Translations under genes and position numbers: made by a program
The notes under the pieces: model-generated
What the model was told of the DNA's origin: nothing
The model's database searches: none
The model's input: the letters and a program-made list of their open reading frames with translations, nothing else
In this document: in pieces, positions 1-8,523 of the stretch
How the letters are laid out: every line of letters begins with the position of its first letter
Position numbering within the stretch: position 1 is the first letter of the stretch
Virus record (IMG/VR): IMGVR_UViG_3300040770_000132
Length of the DNA stretch: 64,000 nucleotides
Direction: 5' to 3' (one strand)
Origin: a virus

Positions 1-690
1 GACACATTCAATGGTAAAGTAGGACAAACTTTTGCATATATGCAATTTTTAAGTCAATTTGGCTACGTTAGATTAATTTCTACAAGTGATAATTTAGAAA
101 CAATAGTTGACCAAGTAGATATGCTTGTGGTTCCTGGTGGAGCAGATGTTGATGCTACTAGATATCGTGCTGTACCTGGAGTAATGGATGGTAGAACAAA
201 CCAACATTATGAATATTTAGACTCTGTATTAATGCCAATCTTTGTTGAAAATAGAAAACCTATCGTAGGTATTTGTAGAGGTATGCAAAGTTTAAATGTA
301 TTTTTTGGCGGTACATTACACCAACATATCGTTGGGCACCAACAAGGTGAAGACAGAGCTGCTACAAGACAACCTTTACAATTTGTAGGTTCAGATCAAC
401 AAATTTTTGTAAACTCAATGCACCACCAATCTGTGGATGTATTAGGTGTAAATTTAGAGTTAGTAGGTTATACAAGAGCTTACCAAGGTTGCTATTCAGG
501 ACTCAGACAAGCTCAAAATTGGAGAAACTTTAACAAGAATACTCTAGCTTTAGAAAGTCGTGAAAGAGTGCCTGTTATAATTGAAGTAATTAAACATGTT
601 GAACTTCCAATTATTGGATTTCAATATCACCCTGAAGAATTCAATTGTGAATATGCTGTTAAAGAAATTAAAAAACTATTAGAAATATAA
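1..690 (+). CDS. Class I glutamine amidotransferase / peptidase C26 (gamma-glutamyl hydrolase, PuuD-like) family protein; 5' end outside window
   Basis: The frame is open from nt 1. DTFNGKVGQTFAY precedes the listed Met at 40 and aligns with SIGKYIAFLSQ of the downstream paralog. Motifs: VVPGGADVD, nucleophile elbow GICRGMQ (Cys codon 274-276), HHQS, FQYHPE. Confidence 0.75.
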   Translation, partial: DTFNGKVGQTFAYMQFLSQFGYVRLISTSDNLETIVDQVDMLVVPGGADVDATRYRAVPGVMDGRTNQHYEYLDSVLMPIFVENRKPIVGICRGMQSLNVFFGGTLHQHIVGHQQGEDRAATRQPLQFVGSDQQIFVNSMHHQSVDVLGVNLELVGYTRAYQGCYSGLRQAQNWRNFNKNTLALESRERVPVIIEVIKHVELPIIGFQYHPEEFNCEYAVKEIKKLLEI

Positions 691-692
691 TT

Positions 693-1385
693 ATGGAAAG
701 TAAAACTAAAAGAAAAATTGCAGTATTAGTTAATCATTCTCAAAGTATAGGTAAATATATAGCTTTTCTATCGCAAGTGTTTGATGTAGAAACTGTAAAT
801 GCAAACGAATGGGATTCTTCTAAAAAAATTGACTTAGTTCTATTTACAGGTGGTGAAGATGTTGATCCAACTTACTACAATGAAAACGTTGGTGAATATA
901 CTCATTGTAATCGTAAAAGAGATGAGTATGAAATGAAACTAATGTTTTCTAGAAGTACTCTTAGAAGAATTCCAAAACTTGGAATTTGTCGTGGTGCACA
1001 ATTTGTAACAGTTATGTCAGGAGGTAAACTTGTACAAGATGTAAATGGTCATGCTATATCTAATTTACATAAAATTACATATAAAAATGATTATATTCCA
1101 GATATGGATATTACATCTACTCATCACCAAATGATGAATCCATATGATATGGACGAAGCTGCTTATGAAGTAATAGCTACCTCTACTAACTATTTATCTG
1201 ACAAGTATTTAAATGGTTTAAACAAAAACATAAGTTTACCAAGAGGATTCAAGGAAGCTGAAATAGTTTATTATCCAAAAACTTTAAGTTTGGCTATACA
1301 AGGTCATCCGGAAATGGATCATTGCCCAAATGATACTAAACAGTATTGTTTACATTTAATACAAGAATATTTAAACTTACAATAA
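693..1385 (+). CDS. Second class I glutamine amidotransferase / peptidase C26-like protein (tandem paralog)
   Basis: Motifs FTGGEDVDP, GICRGAQFV, THHQMM and IQGHPE lie in the same order as in the upstream ORF. The gap to the upstream stop is 2 nt. Confidence 0.75.
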   Translation: MESKTKRKIAVLVNHSQSIGKYIAFLSQVFDVETVNANEWDSSKKIDLVLFTGGEDVDPTYYNENVGEYTHCNRKRDEYEMKLMFSRSTLRRIPKLGICRGAQFVTVMSGGKLVQDVNGHAISNLHKITYKNDYIPDMDITSTHHQMMNPYDMDEAAYEVIATSTNYLSDKYLNGLNKNISLPRGFKEAEIVYYPKTLSLAIQGHPEMDHCPNDTKQYCLHLIQEYLNLQ

Positions 1386-1396
1386 AAAAAATAACA

Positions 1397-2191
1397 ATGA
1401 ATACATTTAATATTACGTTAGGAGCAGATCCAGAGATATTTATTGAAAATGATGTTGAAATCGTATCAGCTGAAGGTTTAACAGAAGGTGGTACAAAACA
1501 TAATCCTAAACCAATTAGTCAACAAGGTCACATGATACAAGAGGATGGTATTATGTTTGAATATAATATTCCACCATGTTCAACAGCTGACGAATGGGTA
1601 AGACATCATAATTTTTGTTTAAATTACTTAAAAGAACTTGCTGCAAAAAGCAACTTTACTTTAAGTAAAAAAGTAAGTGATGAAATTAACCCAAAATATT
1701 TGGTTACACCTCAAGCAACAACTTTTGGTTGTGAGCCAGATTTCAATGTTTATTTAAAACGTGAGAATACTGCTCCTGACAATAACACTAACTTGAGATG
1801 TGCTGGTGGTCACGTTGCAGTAGGTTACCCCAATCCTGAGTTTGAAATGTCAGAAAACATTGTTAAAATGTTTGACTTGTTTGTTACTTTACCAGCTCTC
1901 TTCAAAGACAATGATACGCGTCGAAGAGAGTTGTACGGTAAACCAGGTTCATTTAGGGTAAAAGACTTTGGTGTAGAATGTAGAGCATTATCTAACTTTT
2001 GGATACAATCTGAAGATTTAATGAAATGGGTTTTTAACCAAACTATAATTGCTGTAAATGAAGCATTAAGTGGTGATCGAAAAGGTTTACTATTAGAATT
2101 TTCAGAGAAAGCTAAAAAAGCTATTGATGAAAATGATTTGGTGTCGGCAGAAGGACTGCTTAATCAAATTGCTGCAAAGTTAATCAATTAA
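1397..2191 (+). CDS. Candidate GCS/glutamine-synthetase-like carboxylate-amine (COOH-NH2) ligase, phage type
   Basis: The start is taken at ATG 1397 (MNTFNITLGADPEIF), not the track start 1346, which overlaps the upstream gene. Motifs GADPEIF, EDGIMFEYNIPP, FGCEPDF, RCAGGHVAVG and GVECRALSNFW resemble, from memory, the phiEco32-like COOH-NH2 ligase type 2 family. Not search-verified. Confidence 0.5.
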   Translation: MNTFNITLGADPEIFIENDVEIVSAEGLTEGGTKHNPKPISQQGHMIQEDGIMFEYNIPPCSTADEWVRHHNFCLNYLKELAAKSNFTLSKKVSDEINPKYLVTPQATTFGCEPDFNVYLKRENTAPDNNTNLRCAGGHVAVGYPNPEFEMSENIVKMFDLFVTLPALFKDNDTRRRELYGKPGSFRVKDFGVECRALSNFWIQSEDLMKWVFNQTIIAVNEALSGDRKGLLLEFSEKAKKAIDENDLVSAEGLLNQIAAKLIN

Positions 2192-2209
2192 AAATAAAAA
2201 AATAAACAT

Positions 2210-4189
2210 ATGTGTGGTATATTTGCATGGGCTGGTACGAATCCAAAACAATTTAATAAAGCTAAATATGACATCCAAGGTTTGTATAACAACAGTCGAG
2301 GTGGGGATTCAAGCGGGGTAAGTACAGATGGTGAAATCTATCATGGTGTATTAATTAATAAAAATTACGGTGATTTTATTACAGGAACTGGTTATAAAGT
2401 TCCTGTGGCAATTCCAACTGTAATAGGTCACACTCGTAAATCAAGTAGTGGTGGTATTAGCGCAGTTAATGCACATCCTTTTGGTTTTGGTGACCACAAT
2501 GAAGGTTTTGAATTTATAGGTGTTCACAATGGTACATTACACAATCAGGATGATTTAGCTTCAGATTATGGTGTTGAAGAAAGAGTTTACACTAGAAATA
2601 AATTTGGAGTAAAAACTTTTGACAGAACTAAAATAGATTCTGAAATATTATTAGAGTGCATTTTTGTAAATGAAAACTTTAGAGTATTATCTGATTACAT
2701 TGGTGCAGCAGCGTTGTTGTTTACAAATACTAGAGAACCCAATGTGTTATACGCATTTAGAGGAGCTTCTAAGATGGAAAAACATGGTGCTGGAGGTACA
2801 GTAGACGAAAGACCTTTATATTATTATCAAGAGGCTAAAAACAGCGTTTATATTTCTTCAATGCCTGAAAGCTTAGCGGCCATAGGCGCAACTACAGAAA
2901 CTATTGAAGAATTTGATGAAAATACTGTTTACAAAATCACTAATGGTAATGTGTTGCATGCTGAAAAGATTCTGTTGACTCGATCACATGCTCACCAAAG
3001 ACCTTTTTACAACTATGGGGGAACTGGTGGTCGTGTTAATAACCAATCGCAAGCATTCACAAATCACTCATGTGGTTATGAACCTAAGAATAATAAGTAC
3101 GCTGGTGGAGCTAAAAGCAGACGTGAAATTAGACAAGCAGCTTTAAATGCTAAAAAAGATCAATCTTCTAAAAGTACAGCTGTTCAAGGACCGTTTAACA
3201 TATATGAAGAAGAGATTTCTAAAGTTGGTAAAAATCCAATATATTTTAATAAACTGCGCTATTACAGAAATGGTCACTTATTAAATGGTATATATACTTG
3301 GGTTCCAGATTTTGGTTTAGTATACTTAACTGATAATACAGATCTTGTTGAAAAAGAACAGGGTGACTTAATGGATAAACCTTTTAGTCATAAATCAGGA
3401 ATGTTTATAAATACAATTAATACTAAAGATGTTGTTTATCCTTTTAATAGTATGAATAATCTTAAAGCTCCAATATTGTATATGTATGAAGGTATTCTAA
3501 TTTCCAATGATATTGACTTTAAAGCTTTAAGAAATCCAGGATTAACTTTTTCAATATATAATATATCTGAAATGTCTAAACATCCTATTATTAACTTAAA
3601 TGCTCTTGATAAAAGCGTTGCTAATAATAATATTATACTTGACAACGAGATCTTTACTGGAACAATATCTCCATTAGGTTCAGCTTGTATATATGAAATT
3701 CAAAATGGAATATTAATGTCTATTAGAAAACTTCCTAATTCAGAATATGAAAATGAAGGTCCAAATGTTATTGAATTGCATCCTGAGAAAAAAGTTGAAA
3801 TTGTAAAAAATGAAACTAAAAGTATATTACTAGATGAATTAAAAAAAAACAATTTATCTCTAGCTAGTTATACTGATGTTTTAAAAAAGCAAAATGATGA
3901 AGATTTTGAAGATTATCTTCGTGAAAGATATGGTTTAACTGATCAAAGTGGGACTTTATTCCCAGAGGAAGATTATGTAGACTTACCTATTAATATAGGT
4001 ACATTTGCAGAAGAAACTATAGCTAATGATCTAGTTAACGAGTTAATGCTTCCAATTTATCTAAAAATTCAACAAGCTAACACACTTATTGAAATTCATA
4101 ATAATATACCTTTTGCAAAAGAGGTCATTGATACCAATGAAGAATTTCTAATAACACTAGATGAAATTATTGAAAAAACAATTAAGTAA
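2210..4189 (+). CDS. Class II (Ntn) glutamine amidotransferase domain protein with a long uncharacterised C-terminal region
   Basis: N-terminal MCGIF (nucleophile Cys codon 2213-2215), GHTRKSSSG...NAHPF, HNGTLHN, DSEILLE. About 390 C-terminal residues have no motif I recognise. Confidence 0.75.
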   Translation: MCGIFAWAGTNPKQFNKAKYDIQGLYNNSRGGDSSGVSTDGEIYHGVLINKNYGDFITGTGYKVPVAIPTVIGHTRKSSSGGISAVNAHPFGFGDHNEGFEFIGVHNGTLHNQDDLASDYGVEERVYTRNKFGVKTFDRTKIDSEILLECIFVNENFRVLSDYIGAAALLFTNTREPNVLYAFRGASKMEKHGAGGTVDERPLYYYQEAKNSVYISSMPESLAAIGATTETIEEFDENTVYKITNGNVLHAEKILLTRSHAHQRPFYNYGGTGGRVNNQSQAFTNHSCGYEPKNNKYAGGAKSRREIRQAALNAKKDQSSKSTAVQGPFNIYEEEISKVGKNPIYFNKLRYYRNGHLLNGIYTWVPDFGLVYLTDNTDLVEKEQGDLMDKPFSHKSGMFINTINTKDVVYPFNSMNNLKAPILYMYEGILISNDIDFKALRNPGLTFSIYNISEMSKHPIINLNALDKSVANNNIILDNEIFTGTISPLGSACIYEIQNGILMSIRKLPNSEYENEGPNVIELHPEKKVEIVKNETKSILLDELKKNNLSLASYTDVLKKQNDEDFEDYLRERYGLTDQSGTLFPEEDYVDLPINIGTFAEETIANDLVNELMLPIYLKIQQANTLIEIHNNIPFAKEVIDTNEEFLITLDEIIEKTIK

Positions 4190-6138
4190 TGGAAAAAGTA
4201 ATGACATCATTGGGTGAACACCCAAAAGAGAACTGTAGGTTTATAAATGGTGAATACTATTTAATAGGTGATATTAATGTTGAAAATTCAGGAGATGTGT
4301 ATCTTATAAACAACAGATTCGTAAGATTTGTTACTGGAAAAATAGTGTTTAATCATAGTGTTAATCAATATCAGTTAAGAAATTCATCAATAGTAGAAGG
4401 TGTAGTTAAGTTTGACGGTAATGAAGCTGTTAAAGGATTTTTTGATCCTGCAAAAAGTAACCTGACAACTATAATTACATTGTTAAATGGTGAAAGACTT
4501 TATGCTATTGATGAAACTAAAATTCCATTATCTTACAGAGAAGTTATTTCTAAAGGTGAATATGCTCATATTTCAAAATATGAAGCTTCAGATTTTATAA
4601 AATTGAAATCAGTTAGTCAAAAGTATAAAGAAAGTTTATCTTACGACTCAAAAGGTATTACTGACAGATATTCTGAAAACTTTAGACGTAACTATAATCC
4701 TAAGATATCTGCAGATATAGAAAAATATGCTAAATCTATTGGTGATTTAACATTTGGTTTAGAATTTGAGACTGTAAAAGGTGTAATTCCAGATAATAAA
4801 CTTGCAGCTTTACCATTAATTCCATTACGAGATGGTAGTATTCAAGGTTTAGAGTATGTAACTATACCTTTAAGTGGTAAAATTGGAATTCAAGCTGTTA
4901 TTGATTCTGTAAAGGAGTTAGAGAAAAGAACTGAGTACGATGATAGTTGTGCATTGCATTTACATATTGGTAACGTACCTAGGACTCCTGAGTTTATTAC
5001 AGCTTTTTACAAGTTAATTTCACATCATCAAGATGAGATGTTTTCAATGTTTCCGTTATACAAAAAATATAACTTTGGAGTAAAACGTAAAAGCTATTCT
5101 AAACCATTTCCAGTAAATCTTATCAATCCCCAAATACATCCTAATATAGATGTAAAAAATAGAGAGTCTATAATTGCTGGATTTACTCCAATATTTGATT
5201 ATTTAGCTGAATCTGCAACGTTTGCAGAATACGGTAATGATCTTAACAATGTTGGTGGGCATCCTAGAGATCCAGGCGGTAACGCAAAATGGAATATCAA
5301 TACACGTTATTATGCTGTAAATTTCATACCTCTTATATTTGGTAACCACCAAACTATTGAGTTTAGAATTCATACACCAACTTATGATATTGCTAAGATT
5401 CTAGACTTTTTATTTATGTGTTCTTATTTAATTAATTACACTATTAAAAATACATCTAAAATACTTTCAAATCCTAAATTCTTAAATAGTAGAAATTTAT
5501 CTCAACTTTTAGTAGAGCATGTTATAAATGGTACTAATGTAGATAATAGTACTAAAACTACATTATCTTCAGAAATGGAAAACTATGTTTATTCTAGAAT
5601 TAACAGTACTTACAAACAAAACTCAGAAGGTAATGTTAGAGGTGATGAAAACAAAATTAGATTTAATACATATTTAAATTTAAACGGTTTGCACCCATCT
5701 AAACCTTTAGAAATTGCTAAAGGAGTTCGTAGAGATAATGATTCTAATAGAGAATCTAGATTTTTTTCAAAAGGAATGATGCCTAAACCTAAACGTACAG
5801 ATGGCGCTAGGTTTGATTCAGCAATGAGTGCTAGTATAGCTAGTTTAGATGCGGTATTAGAGAGTGATATGCAAGGTTTTATTGAAACTGCGCCTCTTAA
5901 ATTTACTACTATGGGAACTTATGGTTCAGTAAAATTTCCAGAGCGTAAACCAAATTCAAATCCTCTTGAAGAATCTTTTAAAGCTTTGCAGCTTGATTTG
6001 CAAAACAGACATGCTGGTATAAGTGAATCAATAATTGATATAGATGCTTCAACTTATTATAAAAAGTATGGTCATGCAAACTTAGTTGATAAAGTTATAG
6101 AAGAAGTTATAAAAGAGCAATCTACTAACGAATGGTAA
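4189..6138 (+). CDS. Amidoligase_2-like putative ATP-dependent amide ligase with N- and C-terminal extensions
   Basis: Core at about nt 4744-5388: FGLEFETVKG, LRDGSIQGLEYVTIP, CALHLHIG, TIEFRIHTPT. The start overlaps the upstream stop (TAATG). Confidence 0.6.
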   Translation: MEKVMTSLGEHPKENCRFINGEYYLIGDINVENSGDVYLINNRFVRFVTGKIVFNHSVNQYQLRNSSIVEGVVKFDGNEAVKGFFDPAKSNLTTIITLLNGERLYAIDETKIPLSYREVISKGEYAHISKYEASDFIKLKSVSQKYKESLSYDSKGITDRYSENFRRNYNPKISADIEKYAKSIGDLTFGLEFETVKGVIPDNKLAALPLIPLRDGSIQGLEYVTIPLSGKIGIQAVIDSVKELEKRTEYDDSCALHLHIGNVPRTPEFITAFYKLISHHQDEMFSMFPLYKKYNFGVKRKSYSKPFPVNLINPQIHPNIDVKNRESIIAGFTPIFDYLAESATFAEYGNDLNNVGGHPRDPGGNAKWNINTRYYAVNFIPLIFGNHQTIEFRIHTPTYDIAKILDFLFMCSYLINYTIKNTSKILSNPKFLNSRNLSQLLVEHVINGTNVDNSTKTTLSSEMENYVYSRINSTYKQNSEGNVRGDENKIRFNTYLNLNGLHPSKPLEIAKGVRRDNDSNRESRFFSKGMMPKPKRTDGARFDSAMSASIASLDAVLESDMQGFIETAPLKFTTMGTYGSVKFPERKPNSNPLEESFKALQLDLQNRHAGISESIIDIDASTYYKKYGHANLVDKVIEEVIKEQSTNEW

Positions 6139-6155
6139 TAATTCAAAATTATTAA

Positions 6156-6626
6156 ATGGTTGAAATTAAAATTATTGACGGTGCTGAACATTTATTTATA
6201 AAAGGTAATGTACCGTCTCTTAAAAATTCAAAAGTTAAAACTAGTAAAGGTATATTTTCTTCAAAAACTGTAAATCGTTACATACGATCTCTAGGAATAC
6301 AAAGTTATTCTTCAGGTAGAAAAGTTGTGAAAGGATATGCTACTAAGCCAAATGAGTTTTTAAAAACAATGCCGTTTTTTGAGAAATACTTAGCTGTGAA
6401 ACCTTACTTAGTAGGGTTTCATTTTGTTAGGGGTAGTAAACATAAATACGATTTCAATAACGCAAACCAAATTTTAGCCGATTTGATGACGGCGCATGAT
6501 ATTATTGAAGATGATGACACAAGTAACTTCTTTCCAATACCTCTTAAAATAGATGGTAGATTAGACAGTTATGATAAGGATAATCCTGGTGTCTATATTA
6601 AAGTACTTGACCAATCAGTACTTTAA
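6156..6626 (+). CDS. Possible RusA-like Holliday junction resolvase
   Basis: VPSLKNSK near the N-terminus. YDFNNANQILADLMTAHDIIEDDD parallels E. coli RusA [22 protein letters not shown]. Confidence 0.4.
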   Translation: MVEIKIIDGAEHLFIKGNVPSLKNSKVKTSKGIFSSKTVNRYIRSLGIQSYSSGRKVVKGYATKPNEFLKTMPFFEKYLAVKPYLVGFHFVRGSKHKYDFNNANQILADLMTAHDIIEDDDTSNFFPIPLKIDGRLDSYDKDNPGVYIKVLDQSVL

Positions 6627-6649
6627 AAATATTAACCTAATAAAATAAA

Positions 6650-6973
6650 ATGAAAGAGGAAATTATTAAAATCAAAAACAAAGCTGCGGTAATATTTAAC
6701 AATTTGCAATTAGTTAGATTTTGTAAATATATTGACTCACATCAGTATAATAATGCCCGTCTTATGATAGATGATGAAATTCATAAATTAACTAATGAAG
6801 TTGTAACATATGATCACAACGGCTTAGAAATTGCCGCAGCTTGTAATCTAATTGATTTAATAATTGACTTGATTGTTAATGAAATTGATGATGATAGAGA
6901 AAAGCAAATTAAGCCAATTATTAGAAAAAGACGTAAGCGAGGAAGAGATCGACCTAACTCTCTCGTACAGTAA
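6650..6973 (+). CDS. Hypothetical protein with a basic C-terminal tail
   Basis: ORF of 107 aa ending RKRRKRGRDRPNSLVQ. Its last ~85-100 nt overlap the next gene in another frame. Confidence 0.4.
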   Translation: MKEEIIKIKNKAAVIFNNLQLVRFCKYIDSHQYNNARLMIDDEIHKLTNEVVTYDHNGLEIAAACNLIDLIIDLIVNEIDDDREKQIKPIIRKRRKRGRDRPNSLVQ

Positions 6974-7928
6974 GTATTCTGATTTTGACAGGAATGGTGC
7001 AATATCTTTAATACGTCAACGAGAAGTTACCGGAGCTGGTTTAAAGCACGGTAGCTTAGTTGACGATTTACTAGTTGATAACTTAACTGGTAGTGAGATA
7101 TGTAAAGATACATATTATAGATTTGATGGAGAAAAACCATCAGCCTCATTAGGAGTTTTATGCGATATTATAACAAAGAACTTTACGGAAATGCCAAATA
7201 TAACTCAAGTTGCAGAACTTGTTGTTATAAACAAATTTTGGAGTAACGTTAAAGACCCTTCAATTTTAAGATCTAAGTATGATGTTCCAGAGTTTTGGGA
7301 ATATCTAAAGTGTGCGTATGAAGCAGCTGATAAAGTCATAATTACAACACAAGAGTATAATGACGCTATTGAAATAGTTAGTATTTTAAAGAATCATAAA
7401 TATTCTAAACACGTATTAATAAATTCATATGAGAAAATATTTCAGATGAAATTTAATATGGATTACAAAGGTTTTAAAGTTAGAGGAATTTTAGATTTAA
7501 TAACTATTGATCATAAAAGTAAACGAGTATGGTTTACAGATTTAAAGACTGGAAAAGGACCCGCACTGGAATTTGAAGATAGCTTCGTAAAATGGAGATA
7601 CTATTTTCAAGGAGGTTTATACACTCTAGCTTTTGATGCTATATGTGAAGAACTTGGTTTAGTAGATTACACATTAGAACCTTTTCAATTTTTATATATT
7701 TCCAAATCAGACAAATTACCATTGTTGTATATAATGTCTGATAAGTGGTTAAAAGCTTCATTTAAAGGCTTTAAAATTGGGAAATATGTATATAGAGGTA
7801 TTGATGAACTTACTGACGAAATCTATTGGTGTTGGAAAAATAAGCAGTACGTAATAACTAAGTATATATCAGATAATAATGGTGTAGTTGGTTTACGTGA
7901 TAACTTTATTGAAGTGAATGAGCAGTAA
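6873..7928 (+). CDS. RecB/Cas4-like PD-(D/E)XK nuclease
   Basis: RGILDLITID ... FTDLKTGK (D...D-x-K) followed by YYFQGGLY (QxxxY). The start is uncertain; Met codons lie at 6873, 6879, 6888 and 6891. Confidence 0.7.
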   Translation: MLMKLMMIEKSKLSQLLEKDVSEEEIDLTLSYSKYSDFDRNGAISLIRQREVTGAGLKHGSLVDDLLVDNLTGSEICKDTYYRFDGEKPSASLGVLCDIITKNFTEMPNITQVAELVVINKFWSNVKDPSILRSKYDVPEFWEYLKCAYEAADKVIITTQEYNDAIEIVSILKNHKYSKHVLINSYEKIFQMKFNMDYKGFKVRGILDLITIDHKSKRVWFTDLKTGKGPALEFEDSFVKWRYYFQGGLYTLAFDAICEELGLVDYTLEPFQFLYISKSDKLPLLYIMSDKWLKASFKGFKIGKYVYRGIDELTDEIYWCWKNKQYVITKYISDNNGVVGLRDNFIEVNEQ

Positions 7929-8487
7929 ATCTTATAACCTTTCGAAAACATATTTACTCCCATTAGTATCAGAGTTAATTGATATTAATCCAAAGTTTAT
8001 AAACAATTTAGACAATACTTATCTATTTGATGAAAACAATGAATATAATGAATGCTTTTTTATACTTCAAAGTTTTAGTTTTAAGAACCCTGAGTACACA
8101 GCATATGAGCATAAATTAACTAGCAGTAGTTTGTTTCTGAAACATATTGATTTGGGCTCTAAAGTATTGTATATTTTTAAATTTCCTGAAGAATACTTAC
8201 CAGAATATTATGCTTTTCAAAGAGGTGAATATTCTAAATTTGGTAATGACGCTAAGGAGCTTATAAATAAATTTTGGAAAAGTATTTATGGAAAACAGTT
8301 AGGTGCAAAACCTGCACTAGATAAAGTTTCACAAGTGTTATACAAAGATCCTGTACTAAAAGAAATCATTGAAGAGAGACTAAGTAGTGAAAAACACAAA
8401 GTATCTCTTGGTGATAGTGAGTTAGGTGAGATGATGAATTCGTCATCTGAAACATACCGTAAAATAATTTACAGTGATGCGTGGTAA
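7918..8487 (+). CDS. Hypothetical protein
   Basis: ORF of 189 aa, tightly coupled to the upstream gene. No recognisable motif. Confidence 0.5.
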   Translation: MSSKSYNLSKTYLLPLVSELIDINPKFINNLDNTYLFDENNEYNECFFILQSFSFKNPEYTAYEHKLTSSSLFLKHIDLGSKVLYIFKFPEEYLPEYYAFQRGEYSKFGNDAKELINKFWKSIYGKQLGAKPALDKVSQVLYKDPVLKEIIEERLSSEKHKVSLGDSELGEMMNSSSETYRKIIYSDAW

Positions 8488-8523
8488 ACACGCTAATGAT
8501 TTAAATCTATTAAAATAATAATA

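Noticed and set aside
1346-1396. The track start of the ligase-like ORF at 1346, overlapping the upstream gene by 40 nt.
   Set aside because: ATG 1397 lies just after the upstream stop and starts directly at the conserved GADPEIF region. The extension, MFTFNTRIFKLTIKKIT, looks like non-coding read-through.
3436-3645. A 69-aa ORF antisense to the Ntn amidotransferase gene. Similar antisense ORFs lie at 6814-7002, 9661-9846 and 11219-11533.
   Set aside because: Each is fully embedded opposite a well-supported gene. They have low-complexity Leu/Ile/Ser-rich translations typical of AT-rich antisense frames, and no coupling to neighbouring genes.
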